From Candidatus Aenigmatarchaeota archaeon (GTDB taxonomy: Archaea > Aenigmatarchaeota > Aenigmatarchaeia > QMZP01 > QMZT01): a DNA stretch of 64,000 bases. Under the pieces are notes generated by a model that was given only the letters and a program-made list of their open reading frames with translations, was not told where the DNA came from and did not search any database. The translations under genes and the position numbers were made by a program. This document shows, piece after piece, positions 27,604 to 36,137 of the stretch. Every line of letters starts with the position of its first letter. Positions within the stretch are counted from its first letter, which is position 1. The stretch is from positions 928,001 to 992,000 of the forward strand of contig CAVSBQ010000002.1 of NCBI GenBank assembly GCA_963726265.1, read 5' to 3'.

Positions 27604-28564
27604 TTAATTAAGCAGCTCTGATGAATGATTTCCAAGCATGGCCTTCAGTCTTCTGTTTATCTCTTCATCTTGCCGTATGCCTTTCTGGTCACTCCGGTCG
27701 CTATGCCACAGCCGCTTTACGCAAAAAGCTCTGCTGTTGTTTCTGCTGAATAAGACTTTCAGTACTACCGCATGTTGGTGATTTCTCTCTTGCCGGCCCT
27801 CCGGGTAATAGCCGAGGCCTAACAAAGCGTCAGTGAAACCTTCCCATGTCTCGATGCACTCTTCCATGACTGGCATTGAGGTTGATCCCACACTTTTCCA
27901 CCATGTTTGCTATCCACCCGTAAAATTTATGAAGTGGCTTGAAGATTTTTTCATTGCCATACTAAATATGCCCAGCGTCAGAGCCATGTTGCGTGCGGCA
28001 TCATATTTGTCAACGGCCATGGCTATCTTTCGCTTTTTTACCTTTACCGTCGCCGCCTATTTCGCCTGATTGGCAGCGCGTAAAGTTCCCGTAACGCGGG
28101 TTCCTTTTATCTGCTCTGCTACGAGAAATCAGGGGCTTCTATGCCTTGATATCTTTTATCTTAAAGGGAGCCGATGTCGTCAGTCAGGGCATCGACTGCT
28201 TCTGTTGCGTTCACGAAATCGCTGAAGTGGGGATCTGTCAACGCCTTTTCCTGTCCGAAAACCAGCGTTTTGACATCGTTTATGTATTTATCAGAAGCTC
28301 CGAGGAAATGCGAATTCCCTTCACAATCGAATTTCATAATACAGCCATGTCTTATTCTGGACACCGAGCAAAATAACCCAGATGATCGGTTGATCTGTCT
28401 AGCACACCGCCCTGTCTGTTGGCCCACGTAATCGGGACGTATTTTAGAACATCATAAACTATTTCCCCGGCCAACCTGGGTACAGCTGTCGCTATCCTTT
28501 TAAGGCTATCCGGTCCAAATGACGCGTTTCCATGGCTCGAGTTTACATGACCTGACATGATCAC
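27604..28564 (-). other. Fragmented short ORFs (small genes, degraded genes or frameshifted sequence)
   Basis: Several overlapping 70-95 aa minus-strand ORFs, one with a GGTG SD at 28564-28567. No recognisable motif. Confidence 0.35.
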
Positions 28565-28574
28565 ACCTTTCTCT

Positions 28575-29054
28575 TTAGACGAATCCCCTTACACCTCTGA
28601 GTGAAGTATTGTTATAAATTTTTTCTGATACTTCGTCAGCCCATATTTCCTCGTTAACATAATCCGGAACTTTTACCCATCCTTTGGCCTTTGCCCTATG
28701 AGCTCTTTCATGTAAAAGCACCTTGAAAGGATCATGGCCGTATTTTGTCGCATCCTTAGCTATCCTAATCTTGTCATCATCTTCTGTGTAAAGGCCGACA
28801 TGCTTTCCAGGAAGTCCGTAACGGTTTGCAATTCTCGTTACATCTTCAACATCAAGCAGCTCGACATCGGAATCTCCATCTACGTATCTGATTCCAGGAC
28901 CGTTCTTGCCGAATATGAAATCTTTTATGTATTTCCAGCCCTTTCCTGCTATTTCCAGAATCGGTTTGTATGGATTTTCAGTGAACTGTGGAAACGGCTG
29001 AGCACGTGCTACCGACTCTCCGCCTGAATAATTTTTAAATCTTTTTCTTGTCAT
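28575..29054 (-). CDS. Putative zinc metallopeptidase-like protein (HExxH, ImmA/IrrE-like layout)
   Basis: GLY..IRI, VLLHERAHR, downstream EEIWAD. GGTG SD 6 nt before ATG 29054. Confidence 0.6.
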   Translation of the reverse strand: MTRKRFKNYSGGESVARAQPFPQFTENPYKPILEIAGKGWKYIKDFIFGKNGPGIRYVDGDSDVELLDVEDVTRIANRYGLPGKHVGLYTEDDDKIRIAKDATKYGHDPFKVLLHERAHRAKAKGWVKVPDYVNEEIWADEVSEKIYNNTSLRGVRGFV

Positions 29055-29329
29055 CTCAAGCACCCTTTTCTGCTTCGTCTTTTTTATTTTCTCGTTTTTT
29101 ATTTTGTATAAATCTGAGATGCCACACCCTTTACCCTCATGGATGTGTTGTCTCTGATAAGTAATTAATTCTGGTATATATAAAGCTTTCTTCGGGGATT
29201 TTTCGATATGCATCGCCGCTGCTTTTGACGGGTAAGCGCTTCCTGGGCGTGGGCAAAGAAGGCTGGAAAAGCCTTATTTTCGCCAAAGCGGGCCGTAAAA
29301 CTTTATATAGCGAAAAAGGAATTATCTAG

Positions 29330-29608
29330 CGTAACTGTTTGAACTGACGTTGCAACGGTGTGAGAAATAGGGGATTAGACGGCAACTTTTGGCGAAGTTG
29401 CCTTCGTGCGAACCCAATTCGTTTGGCGACGAAGAGGGTTCATTGAATCTGATTTTCGTGTGTTACTCTTGAGTATAAGCTATTTCTTGGAAAATAATTG
29501 AAAAAAGAACATAAATACATTTCGCTTCCAGAAAACAGACGATTGGAAATATATTTTCCAGTGGAGTTTTCGGCGGCGGGATGGGTTGTAAAGGAGGGGT
29601 GAGTGAAA
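29330..29608 (+). promoter_or_regulatory. Long structured 5' leader (or ncRNA) upstream of ftsZ2
   Basis: TATA CTTTATATA at about 29301. Hairpins GGCAACTT-TTGGCG-AAGTTGCC and GAACCC..TTCGT-TTGGCG-ACGAA..GGGTTC, plus TGGAAA-TATAT-TTTCCA. No plus-strand ORF in the track. Confidence 0.55.
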
Positions 29609-30946
29609 ATGGACGCAATTGAGGATAACGCGGGAGGAAACGCGGCCGAAGCTATGGCAGCCATAGACGCGGTAACAGCGGCCGCAGAAACGGCGCCAGC
29701 AGCCGTAGCCACAGAACCGGTAACGGTGGAAGCGGCACCTGTGATAGCAGAAGCAGCGCCAGTTGTGCAAGTTACGCTGGCTGCAGAGGCCGTGGTGGAA
29801 GCCATGCCGGTTGTGGTGAATGTCGCGCCTGCGAAGGCAGACGTACAGTTGAAGGAAGTGAAGGCTGCGAAAGCGACGGCGGCAGGCGAGTGCGTCGAGG
29901 ACAGGATAAAGGACGAATTCGGCCTCGAGATGATGAACGCCAAGATAATGGTCATGGGCGTCGGAGGGGGCGGCAGCAATACGGTGACGAGGCTGACTGA
30001 GCTCGGCATAAGCGGAGCGAAGACCATGGCGATAAACACGGACGCCAGGCATCTTGCGACTTCGAAGGCGCACGCGAAGTTCCTGCTAGGCAAGGATATC
30101 ACGCGCGGCCTCGGAGCGGGAGGCTACCCGGCGATAGGCAAGAAAGCCGCTGAAGAGAGCGAGCGCGACCTGCGCAAGATCCTGGAAGGGGTCGACATGC
30201 TGTTCCTCGTGGCCGGCATGGGCGGAGGAACCGGAACGGGCGCAGCGCCGGTCCTGGCAAGGATAGCGAAGGAGCAGGGCGCGATAGTGATAGCGAACGT
30301 GACCATGCCCTTCAAGGTCGAGGGCGCGAGGATGGGCAAGGCGGAAGACGGTTTATACAATCTTAGGCAGTATTGCGACACTGTTATAGCCATAGAGAAC
30401 GACCGCCTCCTGAGGATAGCGGGCAACTTCCCGCTGAAGCAGGCATTCTGCGTCGCGGACGACCTCGTGGCAGGCATGATAAAGGGGATAACGGAAACGA
30501 TTTCCATGCCTTCGCTGGTCAATCTCGACTACGCCGACGTGCGCGCGATAATGCATTCCGGCGGGGTCGCGACGGTCGGGTTCGGAGAGGCGGACTCGAA
30601 AGGCCGCGCCGAGAGCTGCATCGTAAGGGCCATGTCCAACCCGCTGCTGGACGTCGATTACCACGGCGGCACGGGCGCGCTTATCCACATCACGGGCGGG
30701 CCAGATCTCCGCCTGGACGAGGTGAGCCTGATAGGCGAATACGTGTCGAAGCAGCTGGACCCGGACGCGCAGGTCATATGGGGCGCCAGGATAGACCCGA
30801 GCTACGGCAACAAAATGAAAGTCATAACCATCGTGACGGGCGTCAAGTCGCCTTACATCATGGGCAAGTTCGGCTGCGAGAGGCATGCGGATTTGATGCC
30901 GGAGCGCAGCCTGCACGCGGAGCTTGGCATACCGCTGCTTGCGTAG
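29609..30946 (+). CDS. ftsZ2: Cell division protein FtsZ2 with Ala/Val/Pro-rich N-terminal extension
   Basis: GVGGGGSN, GMGGGTGTG, PSLVNLDYADV (FtsZ2-type). Alternative GTG start at 29603. Confidence 0.93.
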   Translation: MDAIEDNAGGNAAEAMAAIDAVTAAAETAPAAVATEPVTVEAAPVIAEAAPVVQVTLAAEAVVEAMPVVVNVAPAKADVQLKEVKAAKATAAGECVEDRIKDEFGLEMMNAKIMVMGVGGGGSNTVTRLTELGISGAKTMAINTDARHLATSKAHAKFLLGKDITRGLGAGGYPAIGKKAAEESERDLRKILEGVDMLFLVAGMGGGTGTGAAPVLARIAKEQGAIVIANVTMPFKVEGARMGKAEDGLYNLRQYCDTVIAIENDRLLRIAGNFPLKQAFCVADDLVAGMIKGITETISMPSLVNLDYADVRAIMHSGGVATVGFGEADSKGRAESCIVRAMSNPLLDVDYHGGTGALIHITGGPDLRLDEVSLIGEYVSKQLDPDAQVIWGARIDPSYGNKMKVITIVTGVKSPYIMGKFGCERHADLMPERSLHAELGIPLLA

Positions 30947-31003
30947 AATCCCGGGAACGCACGGATGCTCAAGCCGGCAATCTGAGAAGCGCCAGGCAAG
31001 GCT

Positions 31004-31112
31004 TGCAGAAAGGGGAATATAGCGGGACAAGCGCAGCTCACCCCTCCGCCGTTTCGCTACCCATCCCTACCGCCTGCCTTTACTTTCTTTCATTTTCCGC
31101 TTTGTTTTTTTA
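31004..31112 (+). ncRNA. Structured 3' element of ftsZ2 with anti-RBS loop, followed by T-rich terminator
   Basis: TAGCGGGAC/GTTTCGCTA and GCG/CGC stems enclose the loop CAGCTCACCCCTC. Complementary to 29572-29603. Confidence 0.55.
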
Positions 31113-31136
31113 TGCAGGCCTGCCCAATTATTCCTC

Positions 31137-31538
31137 ATGAAGGGCCAGCTTTTCATGGTCGCCATAGTTTTCCTCATAGGCATGGTCTTCGTCGTGCAGC
31201 AGGCGCTTTTCACATATTCATCCATCGACGTTTCCCAGCCCTTCAACGCGAGGGGCGGCGGCCTTTTCCGGGACATGGTCGGGATAGTCAACCAGACGAT
31301 TAAGGATACCTATTACTGCAACGAGACCAGGGACAGCTTCCAGGACAGGCTCGATGACATAAAGACTTTGTTTCTCGCAGAGCACGGCAGGGAATATTCC
31401 ATAGAGTTCACCTATTCCCTAAACTGCTCGGCCTGGTCCAATGCTCAGCCGTCGCCTTCGCCGCTGCGCATAACCATAAGCGTAACCAGCCGCGGCAGCG
31501 ACACCAGGGGGACGTTCGATTTTTACCACAAACAATAA
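31137..31538 (+). CDS. Pilin-like protein with class III signal peptide
   Basis: MKGQ followed by a hydrophobic helix; Cys pair and N-glycosylation sequons. Confidence 0.7.
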   Translation: MKGQLFMVAIVFLIGMVFVVQQALFTYSSIDVSQPFNARGGGLFRDMVGIVNQTIKDTYYCNETRDSFQDRLDDIKTLFLAEHGREYSIEFTYSLNCSAWSNAQPSPSPLRITISVTSRGSDTRGTFDFYHKQ

Positions 31539-31564
31539 AAGGGGGTCGCCACCAATAATAAAGC

Positions 31565-31783
31565 ATGCTAGAACAAAACGAAAAACAGATTCTCGGCATT
31601 TTCGGCCAGCGCCTTCTCATCAGGAAGGACGAGCTCAGGTCCGTGCTGAACCAGAACGGCTTGAATGACGGCATCATGGTTGTCAACAGGCTTAGCGGGC
31701 TCGGCTACCTGAAAATGATAGAAGCCGTCGGGTCGCCATGCTACACGATAACCCAAGAGGGGCTTCGCGCCATCAAAAGCTGA
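31565..31783 (+). CDS. Small winged-helix protein
   Basis: VNRLSGLGYL...YTITQEG wHTH pattern. Confidence 0.65.
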   Translation: MLEQNEKQILGIFGQRLLIRKDELRSVLNQNGLNDGIMVVNRLSGLGYLKMIEAVGSPCYTITQEGLRAIKS

Positions 31784-31877
31784 AAACCCCTCTCACTTTC
31801 TTTTTTATTTCAAGCAAAACAAATCAGTTAATAGACAGCAGACCGACAGCCTGCTGCAGGCTGTCCTTCGAGACATC

Positions 31878-32001
31878 AGCCCCGTAGTCTAGTGGCCAAG
31901 GATACCAGGCTTTGGGTTCGCAAAGTCCAAAACTTTGAGCAGGCCTTGCCTGCCATGAAAGAAGAAACCTGGCGACGGCGGTTCAAATCCGCCCGGGGCT
32001 A
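31878..32001 (+). tRNA. tRNA-Gln(TTG) with 51-nt intron at 37/38 (31916-31966)
   Basis: AGCCCCG/CGGGGCT acceptor, CCAGG-CTTTGG|intron|A-CCTGG, CTTT/GAAG central BHB helix. Confidence 0.92.
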
Positions 32002-32004
32002 TTC

Positions 32005-32784
32005 TCAAACTTCCTTGAGCTGCTCCCTGAACTCCTTCGCCTTCTCCTCGAGAATCTGGACTGCCTTTCCGACTATGTATTCGGGCCCGAGGCCTGAAAT
32101 GCTCTCGACCTTGAAGACGAATTTCGTGGCGTCGCCGATCACTTTCGCCTCGCCGCCGCTCGCGTCCTCGCACATCTTGCACTCATCGCATAAAAACGGT
32201 TCGGTAATCACGAGCTTCCTGTTTTTGGTCTCGATTATGCCCTTCGGGCAGGCGCTGGTTATCTTCTTGGCGTCCTCCGAACTCGCAGCCTCGAGCGCAG
32301 GCAGGTTGCTGTAGGAGACGTTCGCCGCCTGGAACTTGGCGTGCTCCCTGCCGGTTCCGAGCCTTGCCGTCGCCTCGAGCTTGAGGCGCTGCGCCTTGAG
32401 AAGCTTGACTATGGGGAAATCCGGCGAAGTCGGCTTGACAGCCTTGTTGGAAGACTTGAGGTCGGAAGAATAAACCATCAAAGGCCCCGTCTTATCGAGC
32501 GCGAAAAACACCTGGCATGATGGACAGCCTTTCCCCTCGCACTTGCATTCATTCTGCAAGTTGAACTTGTCCGGGTCGAACGTCAGGGGGAGCATGCCCA
32601 GCCTGTGCGCGATTATCTCGTCGAAAAGCGCGGACGTGTTGTCGTGGAACTCCGTGGCGTCGATAGTCATGTTCGGGATTTCTGCTATCATTATCCTGCG
32701 CAGGGTGTTGGCGAACGCGGCGTTCGTCCCCTCGAGAAGAAACCTGAAATTCTCTCCCTTCCTGCTGATGACCTTCATTTTCAA
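32005..32784 (-). CDS. rpoD: DNA-directed RNA polymerase subunit D (Rpo3)
   Basis: FANTLRRIMIAEIP, NTSALFDEIIAHRLG, GREHAKFQ, Cys clusters. Confidence 0.96.
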   Translation of the reverse strand: MKMKVISRKGENFRFLLEGTNAAFANTLRRIMIAEIPNMTIDATEFHDNTSALFDEIIAHRLGMLPLTFDPDKFNLQNECKCEGKGCPSCQVFFALDKTGPLMVYSSDLKSSNKAVKPTSPDFPIVKLLKAQRLKLEATARLGTGREHAKFQAANVSYSNLPALEAASSEDAKKITSACPKGIIETKNRKLVITEPFLCDECKMCEDASGGEAKVIGDATKFVFKVESISGLGPEYIVGKAVQILEEKAKEFREQLKEV

Positions 32785-32936
32785 GCAACCACCTTCATGC
32801 CCTTTACACCTTTATTAAATAATAACTATAATTAAAGGAATTAGTGATATAAAAACTTTAAAGTATATAAACTTTAGCAAAGGGCAAAATCAGAAGCCGG
32901 CCGACATGGACGGAGTCTATGTCATGCGCTGGTCAT

Positions 32937-33076
32937 GCGGGGGTACCCAAGCGGTCAACGGGGCTGGGCTAAGGTTCACGGCTTTGTCCGAAATCTAGCC
33001 CGAAGAGAGGCTTGTCCTCTATGATTAGATACCCAGTGGCTTAGTGCCTTCCAGGGTTCGAATCCCTGCTCCCGCA
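32937..33076 (+). tRNA. tRNA-Leu, anticodon reads AAG, with 56-nt intron at 37/38 (32975-33030)
   Basis: GCGGGGG/CTCCCGC acceptor, long variable arm GGC-TTAGT-GCC, A73, CTGGG-CTAAGG|intron|A-CCCAG with a perfect CTAA/TTAG BHB helix. Confidence 0.88.
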
Positions 33077-33077
33077 T

Positions 33078-33662
33078 ATGGATTTTTTTGACTTCTTGGA
33101 AGAGGCCAGGAAGCTGAAGCGCCTTAAGCGCACGGGCTGGGTCCTGAAAGGCGTGAAAGCGCCGGAAAGCGTCGCCGACCATTCTTTCATGCTGGCCGTT
33201 CTCGCTTATCTTTATTCTAAAAACCTGCATCTTGACACGGACAAGTGCGTGAAAATTGCGCTCGTCCATGACATAGGCGAGGCGTTCTCGGGCGACATTC
33301 CCGACCGCGTCAGGGACGAGGAGCGGAGCGTCCCTCTCGCGAGGAAAAGGGCATGGAAGCGAGAAGGCATGGAAAGGATGCTTTCGCTTCTTCCGGCTGC
33401 GGAGGCTAAAGAAGTCCGCGGCCTCTGGGAAGAGTTCACGGAAAGAAAAACGAAAGAAGCGCAACTGGTGAAGGACCTGGACAAGCTGGAGATGTGCATG
33501 CAGGCTTTGGAATATGCCAGGGCGGACAAAAACAAAAACAAGTTCGCGGAGTTCTTTGAGGACGGGAGAAAGAACATAAAAACGCCGGAGATAAGACGTA
33601 TCTTCGAAAAGGTGCGCGCTGATTTTAAGCTTATTGCCGAAAAAAACCGCGATGATATTTAA
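33078..33662 (+). CDS. HD-domain 5'-deoxynucleotidase-like (YfbR/HDDC2 family)
   Basis: LKRTGW, ESVADHS, HDIGEA..GDI, DLDKLEM. Confidence 0.9.
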   Translation: MDFFDFLEEARKLKRLKRTGWVLKGVKAPESVADHSFMLAVLAYLYSKNLHLDTDKCVKIALVHDIGEAFSGDIPDRVRDEERSVPLARKRAWKREGMERMLSLLPAAEAKEVRGLWEEFTERKTKEAQLVKDLDKLEMCMQALEYARADKNKNKFAEFFEDGRKNIKTPEIRRIFEKVRADFKLIAEKNRDDI

Positions 33663-33685
33663 CCGTCCGCAACCAAGATATTTGT

Positions 33686-35155
33686 ATGGCAGCGCTCGAC
33701 CCCTATCTTGTTATAGGCCTGGCCGTTTTCGCAGTGGGGACCATCCTGCTGTGGAAAATGAAGTTCAAGCACTACCTCATTTTCTTCATGCTCGAGACCA
33801 GGCACGGCCTGAATTTCGTTGACAGGGTAGCGAGGCTTTCTCCGTCGTTCTGGAAGTTCTTCGGCGACATGGCAGTCGTCGTTTCGTTCGGCGGCTGCGG
33901 GGCGTATTACGTCGCGAGGCACAGGAACACGTGGCTCATAAACCTCCTGCTGGGCCTGTTCTGTCTATACTTCGTTTATGCGGCCTTCGGCCTTTTCGCA
34001 TCGCTCGCAGGCTTCGCGCTCCTTGCGGCAGGCGTTTTCGCGCTGCGCAAAAAGGAAAGGCCGCTCCTGCATTTCATCGCTTCTGCCGTGCTGATGGGCA
34101 TAGTCATGTTCGCGATATACCCCGGCTTTTCCAGCGTCGACCTTTTCAGACCTTTCGTGGCGCTGATAGTCGGCGTATTCGGCGTTCCTGCTTTTCTGAT
34201 AAGCATGCTTTTCTCCCAGGCCTCGAAGATACTCATCGAGCAGAGCACGATTCCCGGCGTATCGCCGCTGCTGCCGACGGTAAGCAGCGAAGGGCCGGGC
34301 TTCTTCTTCCCCGGGACCGGCATATTCATCCCGCTCTGGCAGGCCATAATAGCCATGATCTGCCTGCTGGTTCCTCACGAGTTCGCGCACGGCGTCGTGG
34401 CCCGCGCGCATAAGATAAGGCTCAAGTCCACAGGCGTTCTTACGGCGGGACCAGTCCCGGTCGGCGCGTTTGTCGAGCCGGACGAGAAGGCGATGAAGCT
34501 GCGCAGGAGCAGGGATAGGATGAGAGTATATGCGGTCGGTTCGTTCACCAACATCATAGTTGCGATAATATCCCTGCTGCTGCTGGCGAACGTCATGGCG
34601 CCGCTGCTGGATGTCATAACCGAGCCGACAGGCATGGAGGTGACGAACGTCCTCAACGCGACGCCTGCATACGGCGTGCTCCAGAAGGGCTACGTCATAA
34701 AGGAGATTAACGGCGTGCCCGTGACGGATGCGGCTTCGTTCAATGCGATAACCGCGGGCCTCAAGCCCGGCCAGGCCGTGGCTTTCGTGACGACGAATGG
34801 CACGTTCAACCTCACGCTTCTGCCGAGGCCCGACAACGCGAGCCGCGGCTACATAGGCATCGACCTGCAGGAGACGTTCGAGCTGAAGGGCGAGTTCAAG
34901 GACAAATACAGGCTGCAGGCGGACGCCGTGTTCTTCCTCACCCCGACGATATTCTGGGTGTTCTTCCTCAGCTTCAACATCGCGCTCGTGAACCTCCTTC
35001 CCATAATGCCGTTCGACGGCGGCAAGATGTTCGAGGAGATGATGCAGGAGTTCAGGGTGAAGAGGAAGCGCAAGGACATGATACTGAAGCTCGTGATAGC
35101 CCTGATACTCGCCCTGCTGCTAGTCAATGCGCTGCCGCTGCTAAAGCTCATATAG
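33686..35155 (+). CDS. Site-2 protease (M50) with PDZ domain
   Basis: HEFAH, GAFVEPDE, NLLPIMPFDGG, PDZ insert. Confidence 0.92.
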   Translation: MAALDPYLVIGLAVFAVGTILLWKMKFKHYLIFFMLETRHGLNFVDRVARLSPSFWKFFGDMAVVVSFGGCGAYYVARHRNTWLINLLLGLFCLYFVYAAFGLFASLAGFALLAAGVFALRKKERPLLHFIASAVLMGIVMFAIYPGFSSVDLFRPFVALIVGVFGVPAFLISMLFSQASKILIEQSTIPGVSPLLPTVSSEGPGFFFPGTGIFIPLWQAIIAMICLLVPHEFAHGVVARAHKIRLKSTGVLTAGPVPVGAFVEPDEKAMKLRRSRDRMRVYAVGSFTNIIVAIISLLLLANVMAPLLDVITEPTGMEVTNVLNATPAYGVLQKGYVIKEINGVPVTDAASFNAITAGLKPGQAVAFVTTNGTFNLTLLPRPDNASRGYIGIDLQETFELKGEFKDKYRLQADAVFFLTPTIFWVFFLSFNIALVNLLPIMPFDGGKMFEEMMQEFRVKRKRKDMILKLVIALILALLLVNALPLLKLI

Positions 35156-35247
35156 CCGGAGGCGCTAAAATAAAGCGTACGGATGCTCAGCATTCAAAAA
35201 GCGTTCAAAACAGTTCAAAGCAGAAATGATGACAGAGCGGAGGTGTT

Positions 35248-35589
35248 ATGATGGAAAAAAGCGTCAACGTCCAGATAGACCACAGGGATGCGGGCTTCTT
35301 CTCGGATGCCGTCAGCATAATATACAACCCGTCGAAGTTCATACTCGACTTCAAGCAGAACACGCCGAGGATAGACCAGATACAGGACAAGCAGCAGCAG
35401 ACCATCGCGGTCAAACACAACGTCATAATCATGGACATCAAGTTCGCGAAAATCTTCCTCGAGACGCTGAAGAAGTCCGTGGCTGGCTTCGAGAAGAAAC
35501 ACGGCGAAATAAAGATGCCCAAGCTGCAAAGGAAAGCGGTCGAAAAGCCTGACGTGTTCACGGGCAAGGAAGAAGGGTATATAGGATAG
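35248..35589 (+). CDS. DUF3467-like protein
   Basis: FFSDAVSI...FILDF....P...IIMD...AK.F...L pattern. Confidence 0.65.
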   Translation: MMEKSVNVQIDHRDAGFFSDAVSIIYNPSKFILDFKQNTPRIDQIQDKQQQTIAVKHNVIIMDIKFAKIFLETLKKSVAGFEKKHGEIKMPKLQRKAVEKPDVFTGKEEGYIG

Positions 35590-35704
35590 AGCCTGAACCC
35601 TGCAACTTTTAGCTGGTTAGAATATAGAAGAATTTAGCCTGGGCTATAAAAGAAAAATAAAAAATGAACCTTTGTTTTTGGTTTTAACTGAGCTGTGAGC
35701 TTAA

Positions 35705-35938
35705 TTAAAACTCAAGTATCTTTTCAGAGATGAATTTCTTTATCTCGTCTTCGTCCGGTACTGCAATAGATCTCTTGAATTTCTTCGTTCCGTCTGGAAG
35801 AAAGAATCCACGAGATATTGCTATGAACTCATTTTCCCCGGTGTCGGTCGTTGCTTTCTTTCTCGCGACTTCGAGGAAGTTGTTCCTACCGAATTTCACT
35901 TCTTCTGCTTTCACAGTTTCGAATGTTACGTTTGGCAT
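35705..35938 (-). CDS. Small hypothetical protein, possible PC4/PUR-like nucleic-acid-binding fold
   Basis: 77 aa with beta-strand pattern then C-terminal helix. GGAGG SD and strong TATA at about 35984-35994. Confidence 0.7.
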   Translation of the reverse strand: MPNVTFETVKAEEVKFGRNNFLEVARKKATTDTGENEFIAISRGFFLPDGTKKFKRSIAVPDEDEIKKFISEKILEF

Positions 35939-36137
35939 ATTTATCCCTCCGTTTATAGTTTAGTAACCTATATACTATATTATATATATATAAAGGTATC
36001 GCCAGGGTGGCCATGGCTGGGTGCAGGGTCCGGGCAGCACTTAACCGCGGCCGGAGCCGTGCGCAAAGCCGCCCCAAAAGCCGCGAAAAGGCCGCATGCA
36101 AAGCTCGTATATAAACCCGGCGGCATAAACTTATAAT

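Noticed and set aside
29556..29566. TTCCAGTGGAG resembling an ORB core
   Set aside because: Single copy with no adjacent cdc6/orc1, and better explained as part of the ftsZ2 leader.
29330..29600. Possible SRP RNA or RNase P RNA
   Set aside because: No SRP helix-8 motif or RNase P GAGGAAAGTCC-type conserved segment was found by eye.
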